Counted from the first letter of the stretch, positions 11,109 through 21,147 are shown. The stretch is 32,000 nt of DNA from Candidatus Saccharimonadota bacterium (GCF_000973505.1 NZ_CP010048.1:240001-272000), one strand, 5' to 3'. Notes: a model not told the origin generated them from the sequence alone. Numbers and translations are program-made.

Positions 11109-11720
11109 ATGAATGTATGTAAATATAAGTTAAATAATACTATTGATTGTAAAATTAATAAAAATTTTTTTTTGGATAATCATGATTTATCTTTTGCTTT
11201 ACATTGTAGTCAGGTTATCATTTATCCTACAGAATCTGTATTTGGGTTAGGATGTGATCCTGATAGTGAATTTGCAGTAAAAAAATTATTAGATATTAAA
11301 CAACGATCATGGAAAAAAGGGTTGATTTTAGTTGCTGCTTATTATAAGCAATTAATTAATTATATTGATGATAGTAGTTTAAATAATGTTCAGCGGTCAC
11401 GTGTTTTTAGTACTTGGCCTGGTCATATATCATGGAGTTTTCCAGTACATTCAAATACTCCTAAATGGTTGATTGGTGATTTTTCTTCACTTGTGGTTCG
11501 ATTGAGTAGTTTTAAACCAATTCAAGAGTTATGTTTGTCTTTTGGTAAACCTTTAGTTTCTACCAGCGCAAATATATCTGGTTATTTGCCGGCCGACAAT
11601 GTTGATGATGTGTGCGATCAGTTAGGTTTGAATTTATTTATTATGGATGGTTCTGTTGGTGATATGCAACATCCTTCAGAAATTCGTAGTGCTGTAACTG
11701 GTAAGTTAATTCGTAAATAA
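11109..11720 (+). CDS. tsaC: threonylcarbamoyl-AMP synthase (YrdC/TsaC)
   Basis: YPTESVFGLGCDPDSE, GKPLVSTSAN-SG and PSEIR-A-TG match E. coli TsaC. The first in-frame ATG is 11109; the TTG at 11094 on the ORF track is possible but unsupported. Confidence 0.9.
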   Translation: MNVCKYKLNNTIDCKINKNFFLDNHDLSFALHCSQVIIYPTESVFGLGCDPDSEFAVKKLLDIKQRSWKKGLILVAAYYKQLINYIDDSSLNNVQRSRVFSTWPGHISWSFPVHSNTPKWLIGDFSSLVVRLSSFKPIQELCLSFGKPLVSTSANISGYLPADNVDDVCDQLGLNLFIMDGSVGDMQHPSEIRSAVTGKLIRK

Positions 11721-11764
11721 TGATAAGTTTATTTTTATATTCGAAATTTTTAGGAAGTGTTTAT

Positions 11765-12598
11765 ATGAGTGCATTTGCAGTTTTTGGTAATCCAATCAGA
11801 CATAGTAGATCACCTGAAATTTACTCTATTTTTGCTCAAGAATTTGGTTTTTTTCAGTTATATACTCGAATTTTAGCATTTCGAGTGAATTTTGATCAAG
11901 TGTTAAAAGATTTTTTTAATTTTGGAGGGATAGGTGCAAATGTTACCATGCCTTTTAAAGAACGTGCATTTTTTATATGTGACAAGTTAACTGAACGTGC
12001 TTCTATTGCTGGTTCAGTGAATGTAATTAAGAAAGATATTCATGGTATGTTGTTGGGTGATAATACTGATGGTGTTGGATTATTAGGTGATTTACATAGA
12101 TTACAGTGGTTGAGTAATACTCCTGAGAAGAGAACTAAAATTTTATTATTAGGGGCCGGTGGTGCTTCACGTGGTGTGATTTTTCCATTATTGCAGTTTG
12201 GTTGTCAAATTGAAATCATAAATCGAACATTATCGCGAGCTCAAAAAATAGTTGATTTTTACAAACATGTTGGAGATATTTCTCTTGCTGTTTTAAAAGA
12301 TGATGATTCGAATGATGTTTGTGAGTATGATTTAATTATTAATGCTACTGATAGTTCATGGGTATATAGTCAGCATCCCATTTTACCAGTGAGATATATT
12401 ACACCGTTGGTGGCATGTTATGATATGTCTTATCAAACTGGAAAGAATGCGACACCATTTATTTCGTGGTGTCAAGATCATGGGGCATCTTATTGTTCTG
12501 ATGGACTTGGTATGTTAGTTAGACAGGCAGCTTATTCTTTTTTATTTTGGCATGGTGTTTTTCCTTCTGTTATTTCAGCTTTGAATAAATTAAGATAA
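11765..12598 (+). CDS. aroE: shikimate dehydrogenase
   Basis: From ATG 11765 the product MSAFAVFGNPI-HS-SP... contains GANVT-PFKE, GDNTDG-GLL, LGAGGASRGV and DGLGMLV-QAA, collinear with E. coli AroE. The ORF-track start at 11720 is an over-extension. Confidence 0.95.
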   Translation: MSAFAVFGNPIRHSRSPEIYSIFAQEFGFFQLYTRILAFRVNFDQVLKDFFNFGGIGANVTMPFKERAFFICDKLTERASIAGSVNVIKKDIHGMLLGDNTDGVGLLGDLHRLQWLSNTPEKRTKILLLGAGGASRGVIFPLLQFGCQIEIINRTLSRAQKIVDFYKHVGDISLAVLKDDDSNDVCEYDLIINATDSSWVYSQHPILPVRYITPLVACYDMSYQTGKNATPFISWCQDHGASYCSDGLGMLVRQAAYSFLFWHGVFPSVISALNKLR

Positions 12599-12705
12599 TA
12601 TTGTGTGTTTGTTTTATTATATGATGTTTTATAATGTTATAATATATTAGTGATTAATTATTTGAGTTACGATCGGGTTATTAGGGAGTATTGTTAAATA
12701 TACAT

Positions 12706-12734
12706 TTGACATATTTTTTTTTTTGAGAGAGAAT
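12706..12734 (+). promoter_or_regulatory. candidate sigma70 promoter for the solitary 5S rRNA gene
   Basis: TTGACA (12706-12711), a 17-nt T-rich spacer, then GAGAAT (12729-12734). The predicted start near 12741 is about 32 nt before the mature 5S 5' end. This is a motif match only, in AT-rich DNA. Confidence 0.4.
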
Positions 12735-12772
12735 GTATCTTTTATATGTTGTATGTTGTTTTGAATATTATT

Positions 12773-12891
12773 TACTTGGTGGCGAGAGCGCGATGGATCC
12801 ACCTGAATCCATATCGAACTCAGAAGTGAAACGTCGTAGTACCGATGGTAGTATGGGGCTTCCCCATGTGAGAGTAGGTGGCTGCCAAGTA
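12773..12891 (+). rRNA. rrf: 5S ribosomal RNA
   Basis: Aligns position by position with E. coli 5S (ACCTGA--CCATA-CGAACTCAGAAGTGAAACG-CGTAG-NCCGATGGTAGT-TGGGG-TTCCCCATG-GAGAGTAGG). The closing helix ACTTGGTGGC / GCTGCCAAGT is intact. The ends are good to +/-2 nt. Confidence 0.95.
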
Positions 12892-12999
12892 TTTTAGTGA
12901 ATTTTTATTTGTGGAAGGTATATAGTTTGTGTATTTAAAAAAGGCATGATGGATGCTGATATATGTTGAATTAATCTTGAAGTTAACCGAGCTTAGACA

Positions 13000-13749
13000 T
13001 TAGTAGTTGTCTCTTCGTTTTCGTAGTTCTGTAAATATTTTTAATTCAGGGCATTGTACGGAAAATCCTAAAGATTTTTTTAATGTAATGTCGTGGCATT
13101 GCAAAAATAAATTGATTTTTAATTCGTGTTTTAGTTTTGATGGTAGTGTGGGTTTGTTTTTTTTTCGCATTTCTTCTATATATTTTTTATAAGATACCAG
13201 TTGTTTATTATAGGGTGTGATTGATATAGCAAAATTAATGTTAGATAATGTGTATTCGTGTGCACTACAAAGGAGTGTATTTTTGTTTAGTTGCTTAATT
13301 TTTTGTAATGATGTATACATTTGTTTTGTTGTTCCTTCAAATATTTTACCACATCCGGCTGAAAATATTGTGTCTCCGCAAAATAGCCATGGGTAACTAT
13401 AGAATCCAACATGGCCAGATGTATGGCCGGGTAGTGAAATTGTTTTAAGTTTTATGTCTAAGATTGTTATTGTATCTCCCTCAATTACAATGTTATTGCT
13501 GCCTTTATTTTTTGTTTCTTTTGGACCATATACTGGTATTTGGTAGTGTTTAGTTAAGTTGTGTACTCCATGAACGTGATCGTGATGGTGGTGTGTTAAA
13601 AAAATACCTATTAAGGTAAAATTTAATTTTTTTAATATTTGTAATACTGGTTTATGATCTCCTGGATCAATTATTATACATTGTTTTTTGTCATTATATA
13701 ATAACCAAATGTAATTATTTGTTAGTGCTGGAATACAAATTAATTTCAT
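13000..13749 (-). CDS. gloB: hydroxyacylglutathione hydrolase (glyoxalase II)
   Basis: The 249-aa product has IPA---NYIW-L, the THHHHDH metal site, PGHT-GH and CGDT-FS-GCG--FEGT--QMY, collinear with E. coli GloB. Confidence 0.95.
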   Translation of the reverse strand: MKLICIPALTNNYIWLLYNDKKQCIIIDPGDHKPVLQILKKLNFTLIGIFLTHHHHDHVHGVHNLTKHYQIPVYGPKETKNKGSNNIVIEGDTITILDIKLKTISLPGHTSGHVGFYSYPWLFCGDTIFSAGCGKIFEGTTKQMYTSLQKIKQLNKNTLLCSAHEYTLSNINFAISITPYNKQLVSYKKYIEEMRKKNKPTLPSKLKHELKINLFLQCHDITLKKSLGFSVQCPELKIFTELRKRRDNY

Positions 13750-13903
13750 ATGTGAATGTATTTTTCTATTTGTTTATAATGTTATTAATTATCGGTTGTA
13801 TTTTTATACAACTTATAATTAATATCGTTGTTTATAGTTATGACGAAAATTTGTTTGTGTATTATTATATTGTATAATATGTCAGTAGGTTTTTTTGCGT
13901 GTT

Positions 13904-14377
13904 CTATAAAAAATATTTTTTAGTTATAATATCGTCATATATTGGAAATTTAGCAGCGTTTTGGGCTAAAAAGTTGCACCGTTCATTTTCTATGTGTCCT
14001 GCATGTCCTTTTAACCATTTCCAATATATTTGATGAGTGTGCGTGGAGAGTTCTAGACGTTTCCATAAATCATCGTTTTTCACTAATTTTTTTTTTGTTG
14101 TTTTCCAGTCGTTTTTTTTCCAAATAAATATCCATTGTGTGATACCTTGTAATAAATATTGGCTGTCCGTATAAAAAATAATATTACATGAATTTTTCAA
14201 TGTTTCTAGTGCTATGATAGCTGCCATAAGTTCCATACGGTTATTTGTCGTTAATTGGTATCCTGCGCTAAGTTCTTTTTGATATCCTTTATATTGAAAT
14301 ATTATAGCATATCCTCCTGGTCCAGGATTACCTAAGCAAGAACCATCAGTAAAAATTTTTACTTTTTTTGTGTTCAT
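13904..14377 (-). CDS. rnhA: ribonuclease HI
   Basis: [43 protein letters not shown] and KGHAGH-ENERC match E. coli RNase HI. It is divergent from dnaQ as in E. coli. Confidence 0.97.
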   Translation of the reverse strand: MNTKKVKIFTDGSCLGNPGPGGYAIIFQYKGYQKELSAGYQLTTNNRMELMAAIIALETLKNSCNIIFYTDSQYLLQGITQWIFIWKKNDWKTTKKKLVKNDDLWKRLELSTHTHQIYWKWLKGHAGHIENERCNFLAQNAAKFPIYDDIITKKYFL

Positions 14378-14441
14378 TTTTTTGTTTTTTTGTTATTTTA
14401 TTTTGATTTTTTTAATCATTTGCTTATGTTATAATAAACAC

Positions 14442-15239
14442 ATGAATGACAAGATTCTTAGGCAAGTTGTTTTAGATACAGAAACTACTGGAATGAGTAA
14501 AGACAAACCTCATTATAAGGGTCATCGTATAATAGAAATTGCTGCAGTAGAAATTGTCAATCGCCGTTTAACAAATCATTTTTTTCATGTATATCTTAAT
14601 CCTAGTCGTAATATTGACTCAGAAGCTTTTAGTATTCATGGAATTAGCGAGCATTTTTTATATGATAAACCGAAATTTTCTGAAATATCAAATGATTTTT
14701 TAAATTTTGTGTCTGGGAGTGAATTAATAGTTCATAATGCTTTGTTTGATATAGGTTTTATAGATTATGAATTTTCAATGTTAACAAATAATGTAGAAAA
14801 AATAACTTCATTCTGTAATGTTATAGACACTTTACAATTAGCTCGGAGATTATTTCCTGGAAAAAGGAATAGTTTGAATGCTCTTTGTGAACGTTATTAT
14901 ATCGATAATTCTGCAAGACGCGTTCATAGTGCGTTAATTGATGCCAGACTTTTAGCACAAGTTTTTTTGTCAATGACCGGTGGGCAAATTCAGATGTTTT
15001 TTATGAATGATCATCCTGAAATATGTGATATGGAGTATTATGATGTCGATAAAAATAAATTGTGTGATATATCATCAAGCAATTGTATTCAACTTCCTAT
15101 GATAAGAGTAATTTATGCTAATAAATTTGAGGTTGAATTGCATGAGCGATATTTAAATATACTTGAAAAGAATAGTAGTCAGGGTGTTTGTATATGGCGT
15201 AATAAAAAATATATTGTGGTTAATAGGTCAAATAGTTAA
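14442..15239 (+). CDS. dnaQ: DNA polymerase III subunit epsilon (proofreading exonuclease)
   Basis: From ATG 14442 the product MNDKILRQVVLDTETTGM carries Exo I, with HNALFDIGF (Exo II) and HSALIDARLLAQV (Exo III) further on. The ORF-track start at 14370 overlaps rnhA and is an over-extension. Confidence 0.95.
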   Translation: MNDKILRQVVLDTETTGMSKDKPHYKGHRIIEIAAVEIVNRRLTNHFFHVYLNPSRNIDSEAFSIHGISEHFLYDKPKFSEISNDFLNFVSGSELIVHNALFDIGFIDYEFSMLTNNVEKITSFCNVIDTLQLARRLFPGKRNSLNALCERYYIDNSARRVHSALIDARLLAQVFLSMTGGQIQMFFMNDHPEICDMEYYDVDKNKLCDISSSNCIQLPMIRVIYANKFEVELHERYLNILEKNSSQGVCIWRNKKYIVVNRSNS

Positions 15240-15599
15240 ATTGATTGTTTTTTAATTTTTTTATTTGTTTATTTTTTATATGTATTATTTATATTTTTGC
15301 ATTATTATTTGGATGTATTTTATAAGTAATTAAAAATTAGATTTTTTTGATTTTTTTTCAATATTATTATTAAAAATGTGGTTCACTATTATAGTTTAGT
15401 GGTGTGTGATTTTTTAGTTACGTATAAAATATATAGTTTTTATAATACAACAAAGGTTTTTTTGAAATTGTTAATTAGAGTATTCTTGATTCAATGTGGA
15501 TAAAGTTATTTATATTTAAATATAAATTATATGTCATAATATAATATTATTAATATAATTTGAATATTATTTATTACATTTTTGATTGAGGAATATTTT

Positions 15600-16220
15600 A
15601 TGTATCATGATTTAATTCGCAATGAGTTTTTTGAATCGATAAAGTTAATGCAGATTTTTAGTTCGGATGATAGACTGGTTCAGTCTATTGAGGATGCATC
15701 TCGTGTTATTGTTAGTGTTTTTAAAAATGGAGGTAAGGTATTATCTTGTGGGAACGGTGGTTCACATTGTAACGCTATGCATTTTTCGGAAGAGTTGACA
15801 GGACGTTATAGACAAGCTCGACCAGGGTATCCAGCAATTGTGATTTCTGATCCTTCGTATTTTTCTTGTGTTAGTAATGATTTTGGTTATGAATATGTTT
15901 TTTCTCGTTATTTGGAATCAGTTGGTACTAATCGTGATGTATTATTAAGTATTTCTACTTCTGGACAGTCTATCAATATTTTAAATGCAATTAATGCTGC
16001 TTATAATATGGGAATGCAGGTAATTTCATTAACTGGTAATAAATATAAAAGCGAAGATCATGATAATAGTCGATATGATAATACAATTGATTTAAAAAGT
16101 AATGCTATTTCTGTAGAAATTTCTGTACCTTATTCTGAATATTCGGATCGTATTCAAGATGTGCATATAAAAATTATTCATATATTAATTTTATTAATTG
16201 AGAAAGAAATGTTAAAGTAA
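15600..16220 (+). CDS. gmhA: phosphoheptose isomerase
   Basis: From ATG 15600 the product MYHDLIRNE... contains [33 protein letters not shown] and ends in IHILI-LIEKEM-K, as in E. coli GmhA. It carries about 14 extra N/D/S-rich residues between LTG and VP (about 16038-16121). Confidence 0.94.
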   Translation: MYHDLIRNEFFESIKLMQIFSSDDRLVQSIEDASRVIVSVFKNGGKVLSCGNGGSHCNAMHFSEELTGRYRQARPGYPAIVISDPSYFSCVSNDFGYEYVFSRYLESVGTNRDVLLSISTSGQSINILNAINAAYNMGMQVISLTGNKYKSEDHDNSRYDNTIDLKSNAISVEISVPYSEYSDRIQDVHIKIIHILILLIEKEMLK

Positions 16221-16412
16221 TATTTGTTGGTGTGTGTGTAAAATTTATCTTTTTATTTTGAAGGTAATGAAGAGTATATATTATATATTATATTGTAATG
16301 TATTGATTAAGTGGCAATGGTCTTGAATTATTATTTGAAATAATAGTGATCGTTATTGCAATTATGTTGTTTTTAATTATTTTCTTGACTAAAAAAAACA
16401 GTTCTCATAAAT

Positions 16413-16485
16413 GCCGGTGTAGCTTTAATGGAAGAGCAGTGTATTCGTAATACACAGGTTATAGGTTCGAATCCTATTACCGGCA
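16413..16485 (+). tRNA. thrW: tRNA-Thr (anticodon CGU)
   Basis: Manual cloverleaf: acceptor GCCGGTG/TACCGGC, D arm GCTT-TAATGGAA-GAGC, anticodon arm GTGTA-TTCGTAA-TACAC, T arm ATAGG-TTCGAAT-CCTAT, discriminator A. It is near-identical to E. coli thrW as remembered. The 3' flank is ACG, so CCA is not encoded. Confidence 0.92.
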
Positions 16486-16532
16486 ACGTTTATGAGTAGA
16501 TTTGTTAGTTGAAATTATGAATTGCAACAATT

Positions 16533-17135
16533 TTATAATTTATCAATGTGTTTTTTAAGATATTGGGAAACTCCTGATTGTGAGGCCTTCATTCCTTCTT
16601 GATCTTTTTTCCATTGTGCTGGGCAAACCAATCCAAATTTTTCATGGAATTGAAGTGCATCGATCATACGAATAATTTCATCAAAGTTTCTGCCTAACGG
16701 CAGATCATTAATCAATTGATGTCTGATAAATCCTTGTTTATCAATTAAGAATGTAGCACGTAAAGCCACTCCAAGTTTGGGGTGCGTTATTCCATAAGCT
16801 TGCATAATTTCATGTTTAATATCAGCGACCATTGGATATTGTATTGGACCAATACCTCCTTGATCAATTGGAGTGTTTCTCCAAGCATAATGAACGTATT
16901 GTGAATCACCTGAAATTCCGATAACATTGACTTTTCTTTTTTTGAATTCGGCATGTCGTTTGTCACAAGCGATTAGTTCCGATGGGCAAATAAAAGTGAA
17001 ATCCATTGGCCAGAAAAAAATAATTGATGTTGTATTTGATATATATGTTTTAAGATTAAAATCGTTAACGATTTCACCGGTGTTTAATACTGCAGGAGCA
17101 GTGAAATCTGGTGCTTGATACGTGACTAATATCAT
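16533..17135 (-). CDS. ahpC: typical 2-Cys peroxiredoxin (AhpC/Tsa family, 200-aa type)
   Basis: The peroxidatic Cys sits in FTFICPSE and the resolving Cys in GLVCPAQW. Length and layout fit the 2-Cys Prx family. Confidence 0.92.
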   Translation of the reverse strand: MILVTYQAPDFTAPAVLNTGEIVNDFNLKTYISNTTSIIFFWPMDFTFICPSELIACDKRHAEFKKRKVNVIGISGDSQYVHYAWRNTPIDQGGIGPIQYPMVADIKHEIMQAYGITHPKLGVALRATFLIDKQGFIRHQLINDLPLGRNFDEIIRMIDALQFHEKFGLVCPAQWKKDQEGMKASQSGVSQYLKKHIDKL

Positions 17136-17531
17136 AATTATTATTCCTTATCTATTTATTATTTATTTTTTGGTATATTTTTAATTGAAGTTATATTTTT
17201 ATGTAATGTGTATATTTTTAAATACATCAACATATAAAATTATAAAATATTTTTAGTTAGTTATAAAGTATTTTTTATTGTTGTAATATTTATATTATTA
17301 ATTGTTATATAATATAAATTGAAAATAATTTTTAGTAGTTTTTAATTGTGATAAATGTTTTATAATTTTATTTTTTGAATTTTTTATCTATGATATTTAG
17401 TGAATTTTAATTAATAGATTGTTTATTGAATTTTTTGATATTATATTATGAGTTTTTTAATTAATATGTATATAAAATTTTTATGTATTTAATATAGAGA
17501 TGTTATTATATCATTATTGTTTCATGATTAA

Positions 17532-18692
<1,161 letters not shown>

Positions 18693-18747
18693 TAATGAAT
18701 TATTTTTAGAGAAATGTGGTGCTGTAAATCATTATTTGGAGGATTGT

Positions 18748-19080
18748 ATGAATATTTTTATTTTTGATGCTATTGCTGATACGGGTATTTCATCTCAGAG
18801 TAATCCATATTCCATTATAATTATGTTAGTTATATTTGCTGCCATTTTTTATTTTTTAATTTTTCGTCCACAGCAAAAACGTAATAGAGTCCATAAAGAA
18901 CTTATGAATGCTATTTCTAAAGATGATGAGATAGCAACAGTTGGTGGACTAATAGGTCGGGTTACGAAAGTAACAGAAACTGGTTATGTTTTTGTTAGTT
19001 TAAATGAGATCAATGAAGTTATTGTTAAACGTGATTGTATTACTGCTATTTTACCCAAGGGTACAATACAGGCTTTGTAA
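18748..19080 (+). CDS. yajC: Sec translocon accessory subunit YajC
   Basis: From ATG 18748 (GGAGGA at 18739-18744) the 110-aa product matches the length of E. coli YajC (RPQQKR, GGL-GRVTKV, VIVKRD-I-AILPKGT). The ORF-track start at 18685 is an over-extension. Confidence 0.94.
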   Translation: MNIFIFDAIADTGISSQSNPYSIIIMLVIFAAIFYFLIFRPQQKRNRVHKELMNAISKDDEIATVGGLIGRVTKVTETGYVFVSLNEINEVIVKRDCITAILPKGTIQAL

Positions 19081-19993
19081 TAATTACACATTAATTAGTT
19101 TTCTATTGATATTTTTGAGAGTAAGATACATGATATATTTTAAAGTGTAATGGTAGGTTGATAAATAGATAAACATTATAATATTAACTTAATAAATGTT
19201 TATGGGTGTATGATTAATACGTGTTATTGAAAATAAAATATTAATATTAATCAGTTTATTTGTTTGTTAGTTACTTGGTATTAAAAATTTTTTAGATTAA
19301 TATTAAGGTTATGTTTTAACATAGATATTACATGTATGGTGGTTTTTTTTGTTTTGTAGCATTGAAATGTGTGAGTTGATAATCCTTATTATATTATATA
19401 TCTAGTCTTAATTGGTCTTAAGTATATATTAGATAATTAATAATAACATAATATGTGTAGCGTTATTTGTGTTAATGATAATTATTGATAGTTTGACAAT
19501 GATATATATATTTTTTAAAATTTATTTGTTTTAGATTATAAGTGTGTGTTAAAAGTAATCGCAAATGTTTTAGTAATGATTAATTGTATACTTAAAATAA
19601 AAGTTGTGTATAACTACTAAAAATTATTGTTTTATTCTGATGTTATTAAATGATAACGAATGTCATTTGATCATTGTTTCAGAATTTTTTTGATTTATTA
19701 TGAAGATATTTAATGTATTAATAATGTGATTACTGTGTAATTTTAGTTTGTTGTGTTATATTAATATAACATATTATGCTGTCTTTTGGTTTGTGGTTTT
19801 GATGATAACAATTTTTAATTAATTTATTGAAATTTTTAATATTACAATAATTAATCATTGAAAAGCGGAAGTACACGAGTGATTTTAAAGATGGCTTATA
19901 TTATTTTTCTATAGTGAAATGATGTGTTATGGATAGTACAATAATGTTGTTTTTTTGGTTTTATATTATACGAAATACAGGTTATTAATTTTT

Positions 19994-20419
19994 ATGAAAT
20001 TTGTTACTTCTCGTAGATTAGCTAGAAAACGGGCATTACAAGTGTTGTATTCTTGGCAGGTGTCTCATAATGATCTTGTAGAAATTGCATCAAATTTTAT
20101 TGTAGAACATGATATGACTGGTGTTAATATTTCATATTTTCATATATTATGTTTTGGAGTAGTAGATAATTTATATACTTTAGATGATTTAATGAAACCA
20201 TATTTATTAAGAACGTTTAATGAGTTAGGATATGTGGAGTTAATAATACTTCGAATAGCAATATTTGAGTTTGTTAAATGTCTTGATGTACCATATAAGG
20301 TTATTATTAACGAGGCAATAGAATTGGCTAAGGTTTTTGCAGCTGAAATGAGTTATAAATTTGTTAATGGTGTATTAGATAAAGTAGCGAATAAGGTCAT
20401 TTTAACAGAAAAATATTAA
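19994..20419 (+). CDS. nusB: transcription antitermination factor NusB
   Basis: From ATG 19994 the 141-aa product has AR--ALQ-LYSWQ-S-ND, LMKPYL and DVPYKV-INEAIELAK-F-AE-S-KFVNGVLDK, as in E. coli NusB. Confidence 0.94.
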   Translation: MKFVTSRRLARKRALQVLYSWQVSHNDLVEIASNFIVEHDMTGVNISYFHILCFGVVDNLYTLDDLMKPYLLRTFNELGYVELIILRIAIFEFVKCLDVPYKVIINEAIELAKVFAAEMSYKFVNGVLDKVANKVILTEKY

Positions 20420-20522
20420 TAATTTTTTATAAAATTTTTTGAATATTTTGTTGTTATTTTTTTATGGTTGATATTGAGTTTTTGGTGTTTTAATGTACAG
20501 ATATAGATATATTATATTTTGT

Positions 20523-20551
20523 TTGACGTGAAAATTGTATATTAATATAAC
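20523..20551 (+). promoter_or_regulatory. candidate sigma70 promoter upstream of pgpA
   Basis: TTGACG (20523-20528), a 17-nt spacer, then TATAAC (20546-20551). The predicted start is about 22 nt before the pgpA ATG. Motif match only. Confidence 0.35.
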
Positions 20552-20579
20552 ATTAATTACTATATGATATAATCATCTC

Positions 20580-21065
20580 ATGGTATGTCATTTTGGGTAT
20601 TCGTATTTATTAGCAACTTTTTTTGGTGTGGGGCTTATTTCTTGGATTTCTGCACCTGGGACATGTGTGTCATTTTTGTCCATTTTATTATGGTACTTTT
20701 TAAGTGTTCTGTTTTCTCCTTCGAAAATATTTTTTATAATTTTGTTGGTGTTAATTATTGGGATTGGTTGTTATGTTTGTCATGTGACTAATGAAAATTT
20801 AGTAGTTCATGACCATCAGTGTATTGTTTTAGATGAATTTATTGGCATGTGGTTTGTGTTAATATTATCACCTAATATATCTATTGAGAATTGGTTATTA
20901 GTGTTTTTCGGTTTTTTTTGTTTTAGGGTATTTGATATATATAAGCCTTGGCCAATTTTTTTGATTGATGAAAATATAAAAAATGGCTTAGGAATTGTAT
21001 TTGATGATATAGCAGCTGGAATATTTACCATTTTTGTTTTGTTTTTATTTGATTGTTGCTTATAG
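20580..21065 (+). CDS. pgpA: phosphatidylglycerophosphatase A
   Basis: The 161-aa membrane protein has VHDH--IV-DEF-GMW, FR--D--KPWPI and G-GI--DDI-AG, collinear with E. coli PgpA. Confidence 0.9.
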   Translation: MVCHFGYSYLLATFFGVGLISWISAPGTCVSFLSILLWYFLSVLFSPSKIFFIILLVLIIGIGCYVCHVTNENLVVHDHQCIVLDEFIGMWFVLILSPNISIENWLLVFFGFFCFRVFDIYKPWPIFLIDENIKNGLGIVFDDIAAGIFTIFVLFLFDCCL

Positions 21066-21147
21066 AAAATGCACGTTTGTCAATTTATTTTAGATAGATG
21101 AATTTTTTATTATTTATTGTGTGTTCTATTTATTACATTAGATTTAT

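Noticed and set aside
15370-15450. A tRNA-like fragment (TATAGTTTAGTGGT, resembling a D arm) in the dnaQ-gmhA spacer, at the place where E. coli has tRNA-Asp (aspV) after dnaQ.
   Set aside because: There is no T arm (no GTTCGA-type box), no acceptor-stem pairing and no anticodon arm that can be folded. At most it is an unprovable vestige, not a gene.
16385-16412. A TTGACT box (16385-16390) and CATAAA/ATAAAT just upstream of tRNA-Thr, considered as a promoter.
   Set aside because: The -10-like hexamer abuts the first tRNA nucleotide, so transcription would start inside the tRNA. The spacing to the -35 box is only 15 nt. The geometry is not credible.
19757-20553. An exact 16-nt repeat, TATATTAATATAACAT, at 19757-19772 and 20538-20553 (upstream of nusB and of pgpA). 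The first copy lies within an 18-bp perfect palindrome, TGTTATATTAATATAACA (19754-19771).
   Set aside because: It consists of A and T plus a single C. In several kb of spacer DNA that is more than 85% A+T, a rough estimate gives one or more chance 16-mer matches. There is no third copy and no consistent distance to the start codons.
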